Assembly (NCBI GenBank): GCA_964386565.1
Contig: CAYLRU010000001.1
Span: 153,375 to 217,374 of the forward strand
Source of the DNA: an uncultured Desulfobacteraceae bacterium
GTDB taxonomy: Bacteria > Desulfobacterota > Desulfobacteria > Desulfobacterales > UBA5616
Length of the DNA: 64,000 nucleotides
Direction: 5' to 3'
Part shown: in pieces, positions 33,001-42,479 of the stretch
Layout of the letters: each line of letters starts with the position of its first letter
Position numbering within the stretch: position 1 is the first letter of the stretch
Notes under the pieces: generated by a model
Databases searched by the model: none
What the model saw: the letters and a program-made list of their open reading frames with translations, nothing else
Told to the model about the DNA's origin: nothing
Translations under genes and position numbers: made by a program

Positions 33001-33276
33001 AAACAAAACAGGATCGACAATAAAGTCATTAAAAAAGTATCCGTGGGACGTCCTCATGTGGTGGATGCCATTAAAAATCAGGAAATCCAATTGATCGTCA
33101 ATACAGGCACCGGCGGCGAAACCAAACGGGACGGGTATGATATCCGGCGGGCCGCCATAAAATACAATATTCCGTATGTCACGACAATTGCGGGCGCCAT
33201 GGCGGTTGGAAAAGGAATCGAGGCGTTGAAAGAAAAAAAACTCACCGTAAAAACCATTCAGGAGTACCACAGGTAA
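30049..33276 (+). CDS. carB: Carbamoyl-phosphate synthase large subunit
   Basis: Canonical CarB starting [18 protein letters not shown] at 30049. The track's TTG at 30001 adds 16 non-conserved residues. Duplicated ATP-grasp halves and an MGS-like C-terminus are present. Confidence 0.95.
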   Translation: MPKRNDIHKILIIGAGPIIISQACEFDYSGTQACKALKEEGYEVMLVNSNPATIMTDPEMADRTYIEPVTPEAVEMIIERERPDALLPTLGGQTGLNTAVNVAQRGVLDKYGVELIGASLEAIQKAEDRDQFRKAMDTIGLRIPRSGIAVTMDEARVIAEDIGFPVIVRPSFTLGGTGGGVAYNPEELEIQAKAGLDASLINQIMLEESVLGWKEFELEVMRDKNDNVVIVCSIENMDPMGVHTGDSITVAPAQTLSDREYQYMRDASLSIIREIGVDTGGSNVQFAVHPKTGEMIVVEMNPRVSRSSALASKATGFPIAKIAAKLAVGYTLDEIPNDITGETMASFEPTLDYCVVKIPRWTFEKFPETQDYLTTAMKSVGETMAIGRTFKEAFQKGIRSLEIGRFGLGVDGKDADFGNIADISDVEIEQRLATPNSQRIFYLRYALMKKMPVQAVYELTGIDPWFLWQIKQIVDFEEQVVKTSPSLSRAFLKKAKSLGFSDFQLAHMYRGVSEDDIRSERQKHRIRPVYKLVDTCAAEFSAATPYYYSTYETECEARISDGKKVMILGGGPNRIGQGIEFDYCCVHASFALREEGIESIMVNSNPETVSTDYDTSDKLYFEPLTKEDVLHIIETEKPTGVIVQFGGQTPLNLAVPLYRAGVPILGTQPESIDRAEDRKQFQALLKKLGLVQPANDTAVTVEDAMAAADMIGYPVIVRPSYVLGGRAMKIVYEKGELENFTRLAIHASPGHPVLIDKFLEDAVEVDVDAISDGRDTIIGGIMEHIEEAGVHSGDSACVLPPYNIKPSMIEEIVLATKAMARELNVIGLMNVQYAIKNNQLYVLEVNPRASRTIPFVSKATGVPLAKLATKVMVGRTLRALGLTREVQPTHISVKEAVMPFNRFPDVDTLLGPEMKSTGEVMGIDRDFGSAYAKAQLGAGQTMPLAGTVFISVQDRDKQAVLAVAKQFEALGFSIVATRGTSDFLKQNRIDNKVIKKVSVGRPHVVDAIKNQEIQLIVNTGTGGETKRDGYDIRRAAIKYNIPYVTTIAGAMAVGKGIEALKEKKLTVKTIQEYHR

Positions 33277-33279
33277 AAA

Positions 33280-34689
33280 ATGGATATCGAAGACAAACCC
33301 CGTGAATCTTGCGGGTTGTTCGGAATTCACCGGCATAATGATGCTGCCAATCTCTGCTATTTCGGCTTGTATGCATTGCAGCATCGGGGTCAGGAAAGCT
33401 GTGGCATCGCAGTCGCTAAAGACGGCAAAATAGCCGAACACAAAGGCATGGGACTGGTGGCCGATGTGTTCGACAGGCAGCATCTGGAACTTTTAGACGG
33501 GGAAAGCGCCGTCGGCCATGTTCGATATTCCACTACCGGCAGCTCCGTCCTCGCCAATGCCCAGCCTTTCCTGGTAAACCATCGAAAAAGATCTTACGCC
33601 GTGGCCCATAACGGTAATATCGTCAATGCCTATGAGCTGAAACAGGAGCTTGAAGAGGCAGGGTCCATTTTTCAAACCACCATGGACAGTGAAATTTTTC
33701 TGCATCTTTTCATCAAAAACCTGGAACAGGGATTTGAGCAGGCCCTGGTGGAATCGGTGGGGCGCTTGAAAGGTGCCTTTTCCTTCGTTATGCTGACAAA
33801 CCGCGGGGAAATCGTGGGGATAAAAGATCCCAACGGATTCCGGCCGTTGTGCCTGGGAAAACTCGATGGAAATTATGTGCTGGCATCGGAAACCTGCGCA
33901 CTGGATCTGGTGGAGGCACAATTTGTTCGGGAGCTTGATCCCGGCGAAATCGTCATCATCGGTGAAGAAGGGATAAAAAGCATAAAAACGACGGATTCGG
34001 GCAAAAAGTCCTTTTGTATTTTCGAATATATTTATTTTGCCCGTCCGGACAGCACCATTTTCGGTCGAAATGTTTACCTCACCCGAAAAGCCCATGGCAG
34101 GCGACTGGCAAAGGAAGCACCGGTAACGGCCGATTTTGTCATGCCGTTTCCGGACTCGGGATCGTATGCCGCCATCGGTTATTCGGAAGAATCAAAAATT
34201 CCCTTTGAAATGGCCATGATTCGAAACCATTATGTCGGCAGAACCTTTATCCAGCCCTCCCAGACCATGCGGGATTTCGGGGTGAGAATAAAATTAAACC
34301 CCGTCAGGGAACTGCTGAAAGGAAAAGATATTATCATCATTGAAGACTCCATTATCCGCGGAACAACGGTTAAAACCCGTGTAAAAGCATTGCGTGAACT
34401 GGGTGTTAACCGGGTTCATATGCGGGTCAGTGGTCCGCCCCACCGCTTTCCCTGCCATTACGGCATTGATTTTTCCACAAAAGGCGAACTCATCGCCGCC
34501 AGAATGTCCGTCGATGAACTCAAAGACCATTTGGGACTCGACTCGTTGCATTACCTGAGCATCAATGGATTGCTGGAATCCACGGGAATTGAAAATCCCG
34601 AGGACAATCTGTGCAAAGCCTGTTTTGACGGGTGCTATCCGGTTGAATTCGATGAAGGCATATCCAAGGATTGCCTTGAGAACGGTTAG
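33280..34689 (+). CDS. purF: Amidophosphoribosyltransferase
   Basis: 469 aa with ESCGLFGI (Ntn Cys), the PRT motif IIIEDSIIRGTT and C-terminal Cys ligands. It starts 3 nt after the carB stop. Confidence 0.95.
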   Translation: MDIEDKPRESCGLFGIHRHNDAANLCYFGLYALQHRGQESCGIAVAKDGKIAEHKGMGLVADVFDRQHLELLDGESAVGHVRYSTTGSSVLANAQPFLVNHRKRSYAVAHNGNIVNAYELKQELEEAGSIFQTTMDSEIFLHLFIKNLEQGFEQALVESVGRLKGAFSFVMLTNRGEIVGIKDPNGFRPLCLGKLDGNYVLASETCALDLVEAQFVRELDPGEIVIIGEEGIKSIKTTDSGKKSFCIFEYIYFARPDSTIFGRNVYLTRKAHGRRLAKEAPVTADFVMPFPDSGSYAAIGYSEESKIPFEMAMIRNHYVGRTFIQPSQTMRDFGVRIKLNPVRELLKGKDIIIIEDSIIRGTTVKTRVKALRELGVNRVHMRVSGPPHRFPCHYGIDFSTKGELIAARMSVDELKDHLGLDSLHYLSINGLLESTGIENPEDNLCKACFDGCYPVEFDEGISKDCLENG

Positions 34690-34817
34690 GCGCCGGCCCG
34701 TTACCGACGAGACACTGGTTCATAAATCCATCGGTTTTTAAATACCTTGTGTTCGAAAAAAAAAATCGCTATAGTGGTGACGATTTCCGTTAACCCTAAT
34801 AAGGAGTTCGCCCTGCT

Positions 34818-35336
34818 ATGAAAGAATCAAATTATCTGAAGGAAAACATACAAAATATTCAGCGTTTGATGGATATTCCGGCGTTAAAGAATTTTGAGAC
34901 CAATAATTTGAGCAAGCTTCTCAGACTCAGCAAAATCCGGATTTATAGTGATGGCGAGTGTATAATCAAAGAGGGTGATGTCGATCCCTGGCTTTATTTT
35001 CTGCTGTCCGGAAAGATAAAAATCGTCAAGGATGGTGTTCAGATCGCCATGATCGATAAGCGGGGCGAGATATTCGGGGAAATGCGGATCATCAGTGATT
35101 TAAGCCGTTCAGCATCCATTTTTGCCTCTGGAAGAACCGTCTGCCTGGCAGTGGATACAAAAGCCGGAGATCGACTGAACAGCCAGGAGGAAATCGATAA
35201 ATTTCTTTTGATGCTTTACAAGGTTTTCGCCGAATTCGTGGCCATGAGACTCCGGCTGACCAATGAGGAACTGGTCAGGACCAAGAAAGAAATTTTACGC
35301 CTGGTCCAGGATGACATGTTTTTGGACGGTTCTTAA
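34818..35336 (+). CDS. Cyclic-nucleotide-binding-domain protein (no obvious output domain)
   Basis: 172 aa with a cNMP-binding beta-roll (GECIIKEGD...FGEMRIISD..RSASIFA). SD AAGGAG is upstream. Confidence 0.7.
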   Translation: MKESNYLKENIQNIQRLMDIPALKNFETNNLSKLLRLSKIRIYSDGECIIKEGDVDPWLYFLLSGKIKIVKDGVQIAMIDKRGEIFGEMRIISDLSRSASIFASGRTVCLAVDTKAGDRLNSQEEIDKFLLMLYKVFAEFVAMRLRLTNEELVRTKKEILRLVQDDMFLDGS

Positions 35337-35449
35337 GACGGGAACGCCCGGAAAACAAAAAAAAGAATCACCGGGCAAATTGGATTTTCTCCGCAACAAC
35401 GCAGATCAATTGATGAAAAACTGAAAATAAGGAAACAGTGCATTTTTAA

Positions 35450-35478
35450 TTGACACCTGACAAAACATCTGTTAATAA
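35450..35478 (+). promoter_or_regulatory. Candidate sigma-70 promoter
   Basis: TTGACA-17 nt-TAATAA. It would give a ~335-nt leader before the ATG at 35821. Confidence 0.4.
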
Positions 35479-35727
35479 AACAAAAAATTTCTACTTCATA
35501 TCCAAATGTGCTGAATTTTCCAGTGACGTTAATTCCGACTCTTGCTCAATCCCCCATGACAGTGCAACCTGAATATCACGTTCCGACTGCCGCATATCGT
35601 ATTTGACCGGCCTTTTTTGGTTTTGATGCATTTAGACAACTAAACGTTTAAACAGGCGTCATCCAATTTCATGGTATAACTTCTGATATTGTGTTTTTTC
35701 TCAGGTTTTTCCGTAACATTCATTTAT

Positions 35728-35741
35728 ACCGGTATACCGGT
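35728..35741. promoter_or_regulatory. 14-bp perfect palindrome, candidate operator
   Basis: ACCGGTATACCGGT lies about 80 nt upstream of the 35821 start. Confidence 0.35.
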
Positions 35742-35820
35742 TGAACGGCTTCACTTGGATTTCGGGAGCCTCTGGATCGATAATAATTGCTTGGATTAAT
35801 TTATCAAAGGAGGTTGAAAC

Positions 35821-37041
35821 ATGGGGTTTAAAACAAGTCAAAGATTTTTGTGCCTGATGATCGGTCTTGCTGTATTAATGTTGGTTTGTGCGGTCAATGC
35901 GTTCTGTGCGGAACCCAAGCCCGGAGATGTGATCAATGCTTCAAATGTCGAACAGTACAAAGATTATCTCCCGTATTTTATGATCGGATTTGTTAAAGAC
36001 GGCCATGGGATAATCGATCCCGTCGTTATCCATGTGAAAGGGTATACGGAAAACCTGCCGCCCAAGGCCTACATGGAAGCCACGAAAAAAAACGCGGGAA
36101 AGACAAAACTAAACGAAGACGGCAGCCTTTCCGGCTATACGACGGGTTTTCCATTTCTCGATCCCCAGGAGCCCAGAAAAGCCTTGAAAATCATGTGGAA
36201 CCTGTATTACCGGTGGCGGGCGGACGACTTTTACTATCCAAGCGGGTTTGTCACGAACAGCAGACGAAGCGGAGGAAGAGTGGCAACAGGTGAAACATTG
36301 ATCAACCAGGTATATTTTACCCACCGGACGACGGTGGATCCGAAGCCGAACCTGGACAATCCCAAGGGCCTTCATTTCGCCATGACGTTGAACAGCCGCA
36401 CCCCGCCGAACAAGGATATGGTTACACTGACATGGCGGTATGAAGCGCCTCTGAAGAATGATGATATGTGGACATATATTCCCACCCTGCGCAGAACCTT
36501 GCGAATGGTTTCCAGCGAACGGGGAAACCCGGTTAGGGGCACGCCGTTTACATGGGATGATTTTTACGGATTTGACGGCAAGATTCTCATGTTTAACTAT
36601 GAGTTGGTCGGTGAAAAAAAGATTCTGGGGCTTTTTAACCAGAAGACACTGGCCGTGGGAAAATACAGAAGGGGTTATCAGTCGCCGGTCATAAACGGTC
36701 CGGATGATCCGTTTGAGCTTCGGGATGTTTATCTGGTCAATGCCATGAGCGTGGATCCGCGCTATGCCGAGTCCAAAAAAACCATATTTGTTCCCAAGGA
36801 CCATTTTTATCCCATTTACACGCAAAGCTACGACAAGCAGGGCAATTTCTGGAAGGGCATGAACAACGGGTTTATGAAGGCAAAGACCGCCCAGGGGGAT
36901 ACGGGCATGTGGCTGACCCAGTCTTCCACCACCGATTTTAAAACAAAATACTGGACCCAGAATGTTCAGGTGGACCTGTGCCTGAATTGCGGTATTGACG
37001 AGGAACAGTTTGATCCCGCCTTGCTGGGAACAGGCTTTTAA
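35821..37041 (+). CDS. Secreted protein, DUF1329-like (LolA-like outer-membrane lipoprotein-sorting family) - tentative
   Basis: 406 aa with a signal peptide (LMIGLAVLMLVCAVNAFCAEP). The family is assigned from overall resemblance only. SD AAGGAGG is upstream. Confidence 0.45.
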   Translation: MGFKTSQRFLCLMIGLAVLMLVCAVNAFCAEPKPGDVINASNVEQYKDYLPYFMIGFVKDGHGIIDPVVIHVKGYTENLPPKAYMEATKKNAGKTKLNEDGSLSGYTTGFPFLDPQEPRKALKIMWNLYYRWRADDFYYPSGFVTNSRRSGGRVATGETLINQVYFTHRTTVDPKPNLDNPKGLHFAMTLNSRTPPNKDMVTLTWRYEAPLKNDDMWTYIPTLRRTLRMVSSERGNPVRGTPFTWDDFYGFDGKILMFNYELVGEKKILGLFNQKTLAVGKYRRGYQSPVINGPDDPFELRDVYLVNAMSVDPRYAESKKTIFVPKDHFYPIYTQSYDKQGNFWKGMNNGFMKAKTAQGDTGMWLTQSSTTDFKTKYWTQNVQVDLCLNCGIDEEQFDPALLGTGF

Positions 37042-37076
37042 TTGCGGTTTTATTATGAAATTTTGCTTCAGAAAGG

Positions 37077-37113
37077 CATGGGGAGACTTTCAGACACCTG
37101 AAAGCCTCCCATG
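37077..37113 (+). terminator. Strong hairpin downstream of the 35821-37041 gene
   Basis: CATGGGGAGACTTTCAG-ACAC-CTGAAAGCCTCCCATG forms about 15 bp with one bulge and one mismatch. The following T-tract is weak (ATTTAAGGTTTT). Confidence 0.45.
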
Positions 37114-37134
37114 ATTTAAGGTTTTAAGTGATAA

Positions 37135-37165
37135 AAGTGGGTTCTGCCCGGTGCAGGACCCACTT
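37135..37165. terminator. 13-bp-stem hairpin in a convergent intergenic region
   Basis: AAGTGGGTTCTGC-CCGGT-GCAGGACCCACTT (one G-U pair). There is no clean U-tract on either strand. Confidence 0.4.
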
Positions 37166-37323
37166 CTGCTTTATCCATCATTTCAATCTTACCTGTTTCT
37201 CACAGGAAACGGCATCTATCGTCTGTTTGATCTGATCGGTGAATTTTCGGGTACTCTCAGCGCTGCTGGTGTTTTCCAGGATACTTCCGAAAAAACAGCC
37301 GGTTGTTCTGCCGGTTTTTTCCA

Positions 37324-38496
37324 TCATAAGATTCCCGCCGACTTCAATCGATTGATGTAATTTTTTCTGCACATGCGCTCGATATGGTATAACATGGAAA
37401 ACGGCGCATTAAAATCATGTTCGTCCGCGGTGAAAACGCCATGGCCGTAGACGATGACCGCCCGATGACCGGCTAATGCCGCCGGAACGGTGTTGACGAT
37501 GGCGTTTTTGCCGGTTCCGCTTTCACCGGGGACGATGGGGATGTCTTCAATAAACCGGGGCTCGGGGCAGGAGATGTGACACCTCCCGGCAAACCGGCAC
37601 CGATCCCGCTTGTCGCAGATCATCGACATGATGACGGCGAATTTCGGATGACCGTGGAGAATGGCCCGGTATGGCGTTGTCTTGACAATCCGCATATGTG
37701 TGGGCAGTTCCGAAGATGCGGTAATCCCGGTGCAGGAAGAATGGTCCAGGGGACACCCGTCGATGCATCCTTCCAGTTCGTCCAGAAAACTGCCGGTCTG
37801 GCTGATGTACAAGGTATCGCAATATCGATAAGAGATGTTACCCATTACGGAATCCACAAGACCGAATTCGACAACCGGCTTTCCTGCCGCGCTCATCGCC
37901 TCCGTGACTGATTCTTCGGATTCAAAAGGCCCCTTTTTTAAAGATGCGGTGAGTTCCGGAAAAGGTCTTAAGAGGCTGAAAACCCGGTTAAAAGAGCGGA
38001 TTCGTTCGTCTTTGAGCCTGCCATTGACAGCGTCATCGGCAAAATCCACAAAAAATTTCACAAAACAGGAAAAAAGAACAGAGGAGAAATTGATAAACGT
38101 CTGCTCCGGACTCACCGTGCCGCTGGTGATGACGCCCTGATCTTTGATAATGACGCATTTTCTATGTTTTAATCGGTGGGTGATACGGCTTGCCGAAAAT
38201 GACCGGACCACGGGAATATCATGTAAAAACAGGCGGGTCTCGTTGTCCTTGGGAAAGATGGTGTCCATGTCTTTACGCAGCAGACAATTGATGATACTCC
38301 AATAGGGTTCGGCTGGTTTGGAAAACAGCAGGGTGTTGATATTAAGACGGCTTGCGATTTCCGACAATATCGGAATGCGGGGGTGGTTTCGATTCCAGGT
38401 GATGTCAACGTCCAATTCTCCGAATACGGGTTCGCCGTACCGGACAAGATGCTGATCGACCAGTTTTTTTTCATACCTGTTGCTTAACCGTTCCAT
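37324..38496 (-). CDS. Tandem class II aldolase/adducin-like protein with 4-Cys insert
   Basis: 390 aa. The C-terminal half has class II aldolase signatures (AILHGHP metal-His pair, VIVYGHGVFT). The N-terminal half is a degenerate copy (CVIIKDQGVITSG). The insert is CDKRDRCRFAGRCHISC. It overlaps the upstream AOR gene by 13 nt. Confidence 0.55.
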   Translation of the reverse strand: MERLSNRYEKKLVDQHLVRYGEPVFGELDVDITWNRNHPRIPILSEIASRLNINTLLFSKPAEPYWSIINCLLRKDMDTIFPKDNETRLFLHDIPVVRSFSASRITHRLKHRKCVIIKDQGVITSGTVSPEQTFINFSSVLFSCFVKFFVDFADDAVNGRLKDERIRSFNRVFSLLRPFPELTASLKKGPFESEESVTEAMSAAGKPVVEFGLVDSVMGNISYRYCDTLYISQTGSFLDELEGCIDGCPLDHSSCTGITASSELPTHMRIVKTTPYRAILHGHPKFAVIMSMICDKRDRCRFAGRCHISCPEPRFIEDIPIVPGESGTGKNAIVNTVPAALAGHRAVIVYGHGVFTADEHDFNAPFSMLYHIERMCRKNYINRLKSAGIL

Positions 38497-40238
38497 TCAA
38501 GCCCAAGTCCTTTTGCCTTTTCTTCAATGGGTCCGCCGTTTTCATCCAGGCCCCGGATCAGATAATACGTGCTGCGGGCCGTCAAAAAATCTTTCCGGGG
38601 AATGGGAGGAATAGAGATCCGGCCTGAACCTGACCCCGGCTCTTTAAAAAAACGTTCCGGAAGATCGTCGTCCTGTATTGTGAAACCGTTGGCATGGTTC
38701 AGCATTCGTTCGTGGTATATGATTTTTTCTCCGATTTTCATAAGTTCCTGTCCGGAAGACACGATGCCCGTAACAGCTTGATACGCCTTGGCATACTCTT
38801 CCAAGGTGGCCCCGAAAAAAATAAACTTGCAGGCTGTGAGAGAATCGACAACGGCATTCACATCTTCGGCGATTTTCACGATACGGGCTTTGCCGCTGAA
38901 AGTGAATCGGTTGGTGGGGACCGGTTTTCGCAATACTTCATTGCCGATGGTATAGGCCCGCAGGTGACATCCTCCCCGGGTGGACACGGCATATCCCAGT
39001 GCCATGCCGTAAGCGCCCCTGGGGTCATACGCCGGCAATTCCTGTTTTTTCACGGTCATGGAGGACTCCGGCCTTCCCCTGGTCTTTGCATATGCATGGG
39101 AACCGTTTTTCAGCTCTTCACCCACACTCCGGCTCAGGGCCGTATCTTTTAACAGGTCGCAGATCCTGTCGCCGGACAGGTCGCAATCGTTGATTTCGGC
39201 ATAACATGCCAGGGTGGCGCCGGCTGATATGGTGTCCATACCCATATCGTTGCAGATGGCGTTGGCGCGGACCACTGCCGAAATGTCGTCGTTGTTCAGC
39301 AGGGCGGAAAAATGGTTCATGGTCTCGAATTCAGGCATCACTTCCCCGGTTTTTGCGATTTTTTTACAGAGAATATGACATCCCCTGCAGCCGGTTTTTT
39401 TCGGTGCATAACGGGTTTTGTAGGCATGGGCGTTCATTTGCTTTGCCGGATTGAAATAGGTTTGGCGGAAATTGTCCGTGGGCATCATCCGCCTGCTGCA
39501 CGTCAAATCAAACAATGCCGCCGTGCCGTAATGGGTGATGCCCAGTTCTCCCATGACGGCCGGGGAGGCGGCTGCCAGACGCAGGATGTCCTCCCTGGCG
39601 CTTTTAAGTCCATCAGGGTCGTAAATCGTCGGTTTCCGATGGCCTCTGACGGTGAGGTATTTTAAATTCTTGGATGAAAAGACAAGTCCGAGACCGTTTC
39701 TTCCGGCGGCATAATGCCCGTCGAACATGATGTTTGCGAATCGTACCCCGTTCTCGGCTGCCGGGCCAACGGCGGCATGGGCGCCTTTTTTCTTGAGAAT
39801 TTCATGGATGTCCGAGAGATATCGCCCTTTAAAATTTTTAGCATCCGTGAACACCACCTGGTTGTCGGTGATTTCAATACCGGTTAAAGAAGCCGCTCTT
39901 CCATAAATGATAATGCCGTCAAATCCGGCTTTTTTTAACTCGGTCCCGAAAACCCCGCCCACGGACGCATCACCGATGGTACCGGTCAGCGGAGACCTGG
40001 ACATAACGGTCATACGCCCGGAAGTCGGGGCCGGGGTCCCCACCAGCGGACCGGTGAACAACATCAGCGGCATTTGAGGATCGTCCCAACTGCGGGTGAT
40101 GTGTTCTCTTAAATAAAAACCGGCCAATCCCTTGCCGCCGATGAATTGATGATAAAGTTCGGGATCCGGCGATTCGACCTGAGAGCTTCGGGTCGACAGA
40201 TCCAGGATCAATATATTGCCGGTCCAGCCGTGCATCAT
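38484..40238 (-). CDS. Aldehyde:ferredoxin oxidoreductase family (tungstopterin) enzyme
   Basis: 584 aa with the AOR N-terminal domain (GWTGNILILDLS...GGKGLAG) and the [4Fe-4S] motif CRGCHILC (CxxCxxxC). Confidence 0.85.
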   Translation of the reverse strand: MMHGWTGNILILDLSTRSSQVESPDPELYHQFIGGKGLAGFYLREHITRSWDDPQMPLMLFTGPLVGTPAPTSGRMTVMSRSPLTGTIGDASVGGVFGTELKKAGFDGIIIYGRAASLTGIEITDNQVVFTDAKNFKGRYLSDIHEILKKKGAHAAVGPAAENGVRFANIMFDGHYAAGRNGLGLVFSSKNLKYLTVRGHRKPTIYDPDGLKSAREDILRLAAASPAVMGELGITHYGTAALFDLTCSRRMMPTDNFRQTYFNPAKQMNAHAYKTRYAPKKTGCRGCHILCKKIAKTGEVMPEFETMNHFSALLNNDDISAVVRANAICNDMGMDTISAGATLACYAEINDCDLSGDRICDLLKDTALSRSVGEELKNGSHAYAKTRGRPESSMTVKKQELPAYDPRGAYGMALGYAVSTRGGCHLRAYTIGNEVLRKPVPTNRFTFSGKARIVKIAEDVNAVVDSLTACKFIFFGATLEEYAKAYQAVTGIVSSGQELMKIGEKIIYHERMLNHANGFTIQDDDLPERFFKEPGSGSGRISIPPIPRKDFLTARSTYYLIRGLDENGGPIEEKAKGLGLEWNG

Positions 40239-40408
40239 GTTATGCCTGTGTGAAATATGGAAATTATTATTCTTCGACTTTTCATGGTATATAGCACATA
40301 AATCAGCGGATTTAAAATGGGCAATAACGCCGGTTGAAAAATGGGTCGGTGAGGATCAAAGGGTGGGGGACTGAAGGGCATTGTCGCCGGATCAATGAGC
40401 CTGTATCG

Positions 40409-41068
40409 TCAAATCGTCGACAGGATATCCAGGGCCTTGACCGGATGATCGATTATCACGGCGGCCCCGGACGATTCAAGTTCCGTTTCCGACCGCATTC
40501 CCCATGATACACCAACGGGAAGCATTCCCGCGGCCCGGGCGGTCTCCATGTCCGTTCCCGAGTCCCCGAGAAAGGCGATTTTCGCGCAAGGGACACCTAG
40601 CGCGGCCGCGATTTTCAGAGCACCGGTCGGATCGGGCTTACGGGGGACAGAATGCCGTAAGCCCAGAACTGCGTCAAAATGCCAGTTGGATAAAAAATGA
40701 TTCACACATTTTACCGTTAAATCATGCTGCTTGTTGGACAATACCGACAGCCTGACATGCCGCCGGGTCAGTTCGTCCATAAGTTTCGGAATGCCGTCGT
40801 ATATCCGGGTGGCATTGGCAAAATTCCGGCCGTACGCTTCAGAATAGGCCTCAAGACATTCCGAGATGATGTTTTCCGTTCTCTGGTCCGCGGGAAGGGC
40901 CCGCGTCACCAGAAGCCTGGAGCCGTCCCCGATAAACTCGCGGTATTTTTCAATGGGGTGTGAGGGGAATCCCCTGTCTTGAAGCGCCTTGTTCACGGCA
41001 TCGCCGATATCCGCCAGCGTGTCCAGCAAGGTCCCATCCAGGTCGAAAATAACGGCATCATAGGTCAT
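40409..41068 (-). CDS. HAD-superfamily hydrolase (phosphoglycolate phosphatase-like)
   Basis: 219 aa with FDLDGTLLDT, SNK and GDSGTD motifs. Confidence 0.8.
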   Translation of the reverse strand: MTYDAVIFDLDGTLLDTLADIGDAVNKALQDRGFPSHPIEKYREFIGDGSRLLVTRALPADQRTENIISECLEAYSEAYGRNFANATRIYDGIPKLMDELTRRHVRLSVLSNKQHDLTVKCVNHFLSNWHFDAVLGLRHSVPRKPDPTGALKIAAALGVPCAKIAFLGDSGTDMETARAAGMLPVGVSWGMRSETELESSGAAVIIDHPVKALDILSTI

Positions 41069-41336
41069 GATTAAAATATGTCTTTTCGGTTTTCCGTTCT
41101 TAAAACAAGTCTTAAAAAAACCATCTCATGGATTTCCCGGTCCGCTTCGGGCCCCTGTTTTTTTCACGGCAGGAGACGATCCGGTATCGGATGGTTCGAA
41201 ACAGGCAGATAAAAGATATCAATAACAGAAAAATGGTCAAGGTATTTTTCAACGGCGGTTGTGATAAAACAGGGCCATGGGGATCGGGTTTGTTTGACGT
41301 TTTTCAATTATTCAACCTGTCATAAACGGAAAAAAA

Positions 41337-41365
41337 TTGAAATCTCAAATTATAACGTATATGGT
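41337..41365 (+). promoter_or_regulatory. Candidate sigma-70 promoter
   Basis: TTGAAA-17 nt-TATGGT lies about 100 nt upstream of the ATG at 41463. Confidence 0.3.
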
Positions 41366-41462
41366 GGTATCTGATCCACGCTGCTTTGCGCCGACTTGTC
41401 GTTGCGCTTCTCCACCGCGCCCGTACCGTATCATCCATAATAAGGGGAAAAAGGACAATCAA

Positions 41463-42467
41463 ATGAAACTCTGCACCTTTGAAGTGATTGGGAATTTTGG
41501 CAACATCAGGCGAATCGGGATGGTGACGCCCAAAGGCTGCATCCTGGACTTAAATGCTGCGTATGCCCTGACACTTTCCAAACGGGACAATCATCCAAGG
41601 GCCCAAGTCATCGCTGATGCTGTTTTGCCGCCGGATATGGTGGAATTCTTACGGAATGAAATCCATGGACCAAGAACCATAGCGGAAATCGTTGATTTTT
41701 TGGGCGACAGCATCGATGATGAACGGTTGCGGGGCATAAACCGGGAAAAACTAGTATGGGACGAAGGGGAAGTATCCTTGCTGGCGCCTTTGCCCCGGCC
41801 CCTGTCCATCCGGGACACGTTGTCTTTTTTGGACCACCTGAGAAACGCCATGCCTGAAGGGATGGACGTTCCCCCTGTATACCGGGATATTCCGGCGATT
41901 TATTATAAAGGCAATTGCGCTTCGGTACAAGGTCCCGGGACCGACATCGTGTGGCCCCATTACACGGAGCAGCTCGACTATGAACTTGAATTTGCCGCGG
42001 TCATCGGGAAAAAGGGGACGAATATCTTTGCAGAAGATGCCTGGGACCACATTGCGGGGTACATGATTTTCAACGATGTTTCAGCCCGTGACATCCAGAG
42101 CCGTGAGATGGGCGGTATGCTCGGTCCGGCAAAAGGCAAGGATATGGATACCGGCAACGTTTTCGGCCCCTATCTGGTAACGCCGGAGGAATTCGATCCG
42201 CGAAAAGAAAATGCCATGATCGCACGAATCAACGGTGAAGAGTGGAGCCGCGGCACCACCAACATGATGGATCATGATTTCGGCGCCATCATCAGCTACA
42301 TCAGTCAATGCGAAACCCTTTATCCCGGAGACGTGATCGGTTCCGGAACGGTTCCCACGGGATGCGGCATCGAACTTAAAAAGTATATCAAGCCCGGTGA
42401 TGTGGTGGAGCTCGAGGTGGAAGGCCTGGGGGTTCTGAGAAACCGGGTTGTCAGGGCCGGCGCGTAA
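41463..42467 (+). CDS. Fumarylacetoacetate hydrolase (FAH) family protein
   Basis: 334 aa from the ATG at 41463 (MKLCTFEV...), with a purine-rich RBS upstream. It has DYELEFAAVIGKKG and FNDVSARDIQ. The track's TTG at 41337 adds 42 implausible residues. Confidence 0.85.
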   Translation: MKLCTFEVIGNFGNIRRIGMVTPKGCILDLNAAYALTLSKRDNHPRAQVIADAVLPPDMVEFLRNEIHGPRTIAEIVDFLGDSIDDERLRGINREKLVWDEGEVSLLAPLPRPLSIRDTLSFLDHLRNAMPEGMDVPPVYRDIPAIYYKGNCASVQGPGTDIVWPHYTEQLDYELEFAAVIGKKGTNIFAEDAWDHIAGYMIFNDVSARDIQSREMGGMLGPAKGKDMDTGNVFGPYLVTPEEFDPRKENAMIARINGEEWSRGTTNMMDHDFGAIISYISQCETLYPGDVIGSGTVPTGCGIELKKYIKPGDVVELEVEGLGVLRNRVVRAGA

Positions 42468-42479
42468 TTTGACACGATG

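Noticed and set aside
37290-37322. A-tract / CCGG...CCGG / T-tract just after the aldolase-like stop, as a possible bidirectional terminator
   Set aside because: Only a 4-bp GC core pairs cleanly, and the A6/T6 arms need a 3-nt bulge. This is too weak to call. The stronger hairpins at 37077-37113 and 37135-37165 are more likely the functional terminators.
41193-41201. GGTTCGAAA, resembling a tRNA T-loop
   Set aside because: The flanking bases cannot form a T-stem, and no acceptor or anticodon arms can be drawn. It is not a tRNA.
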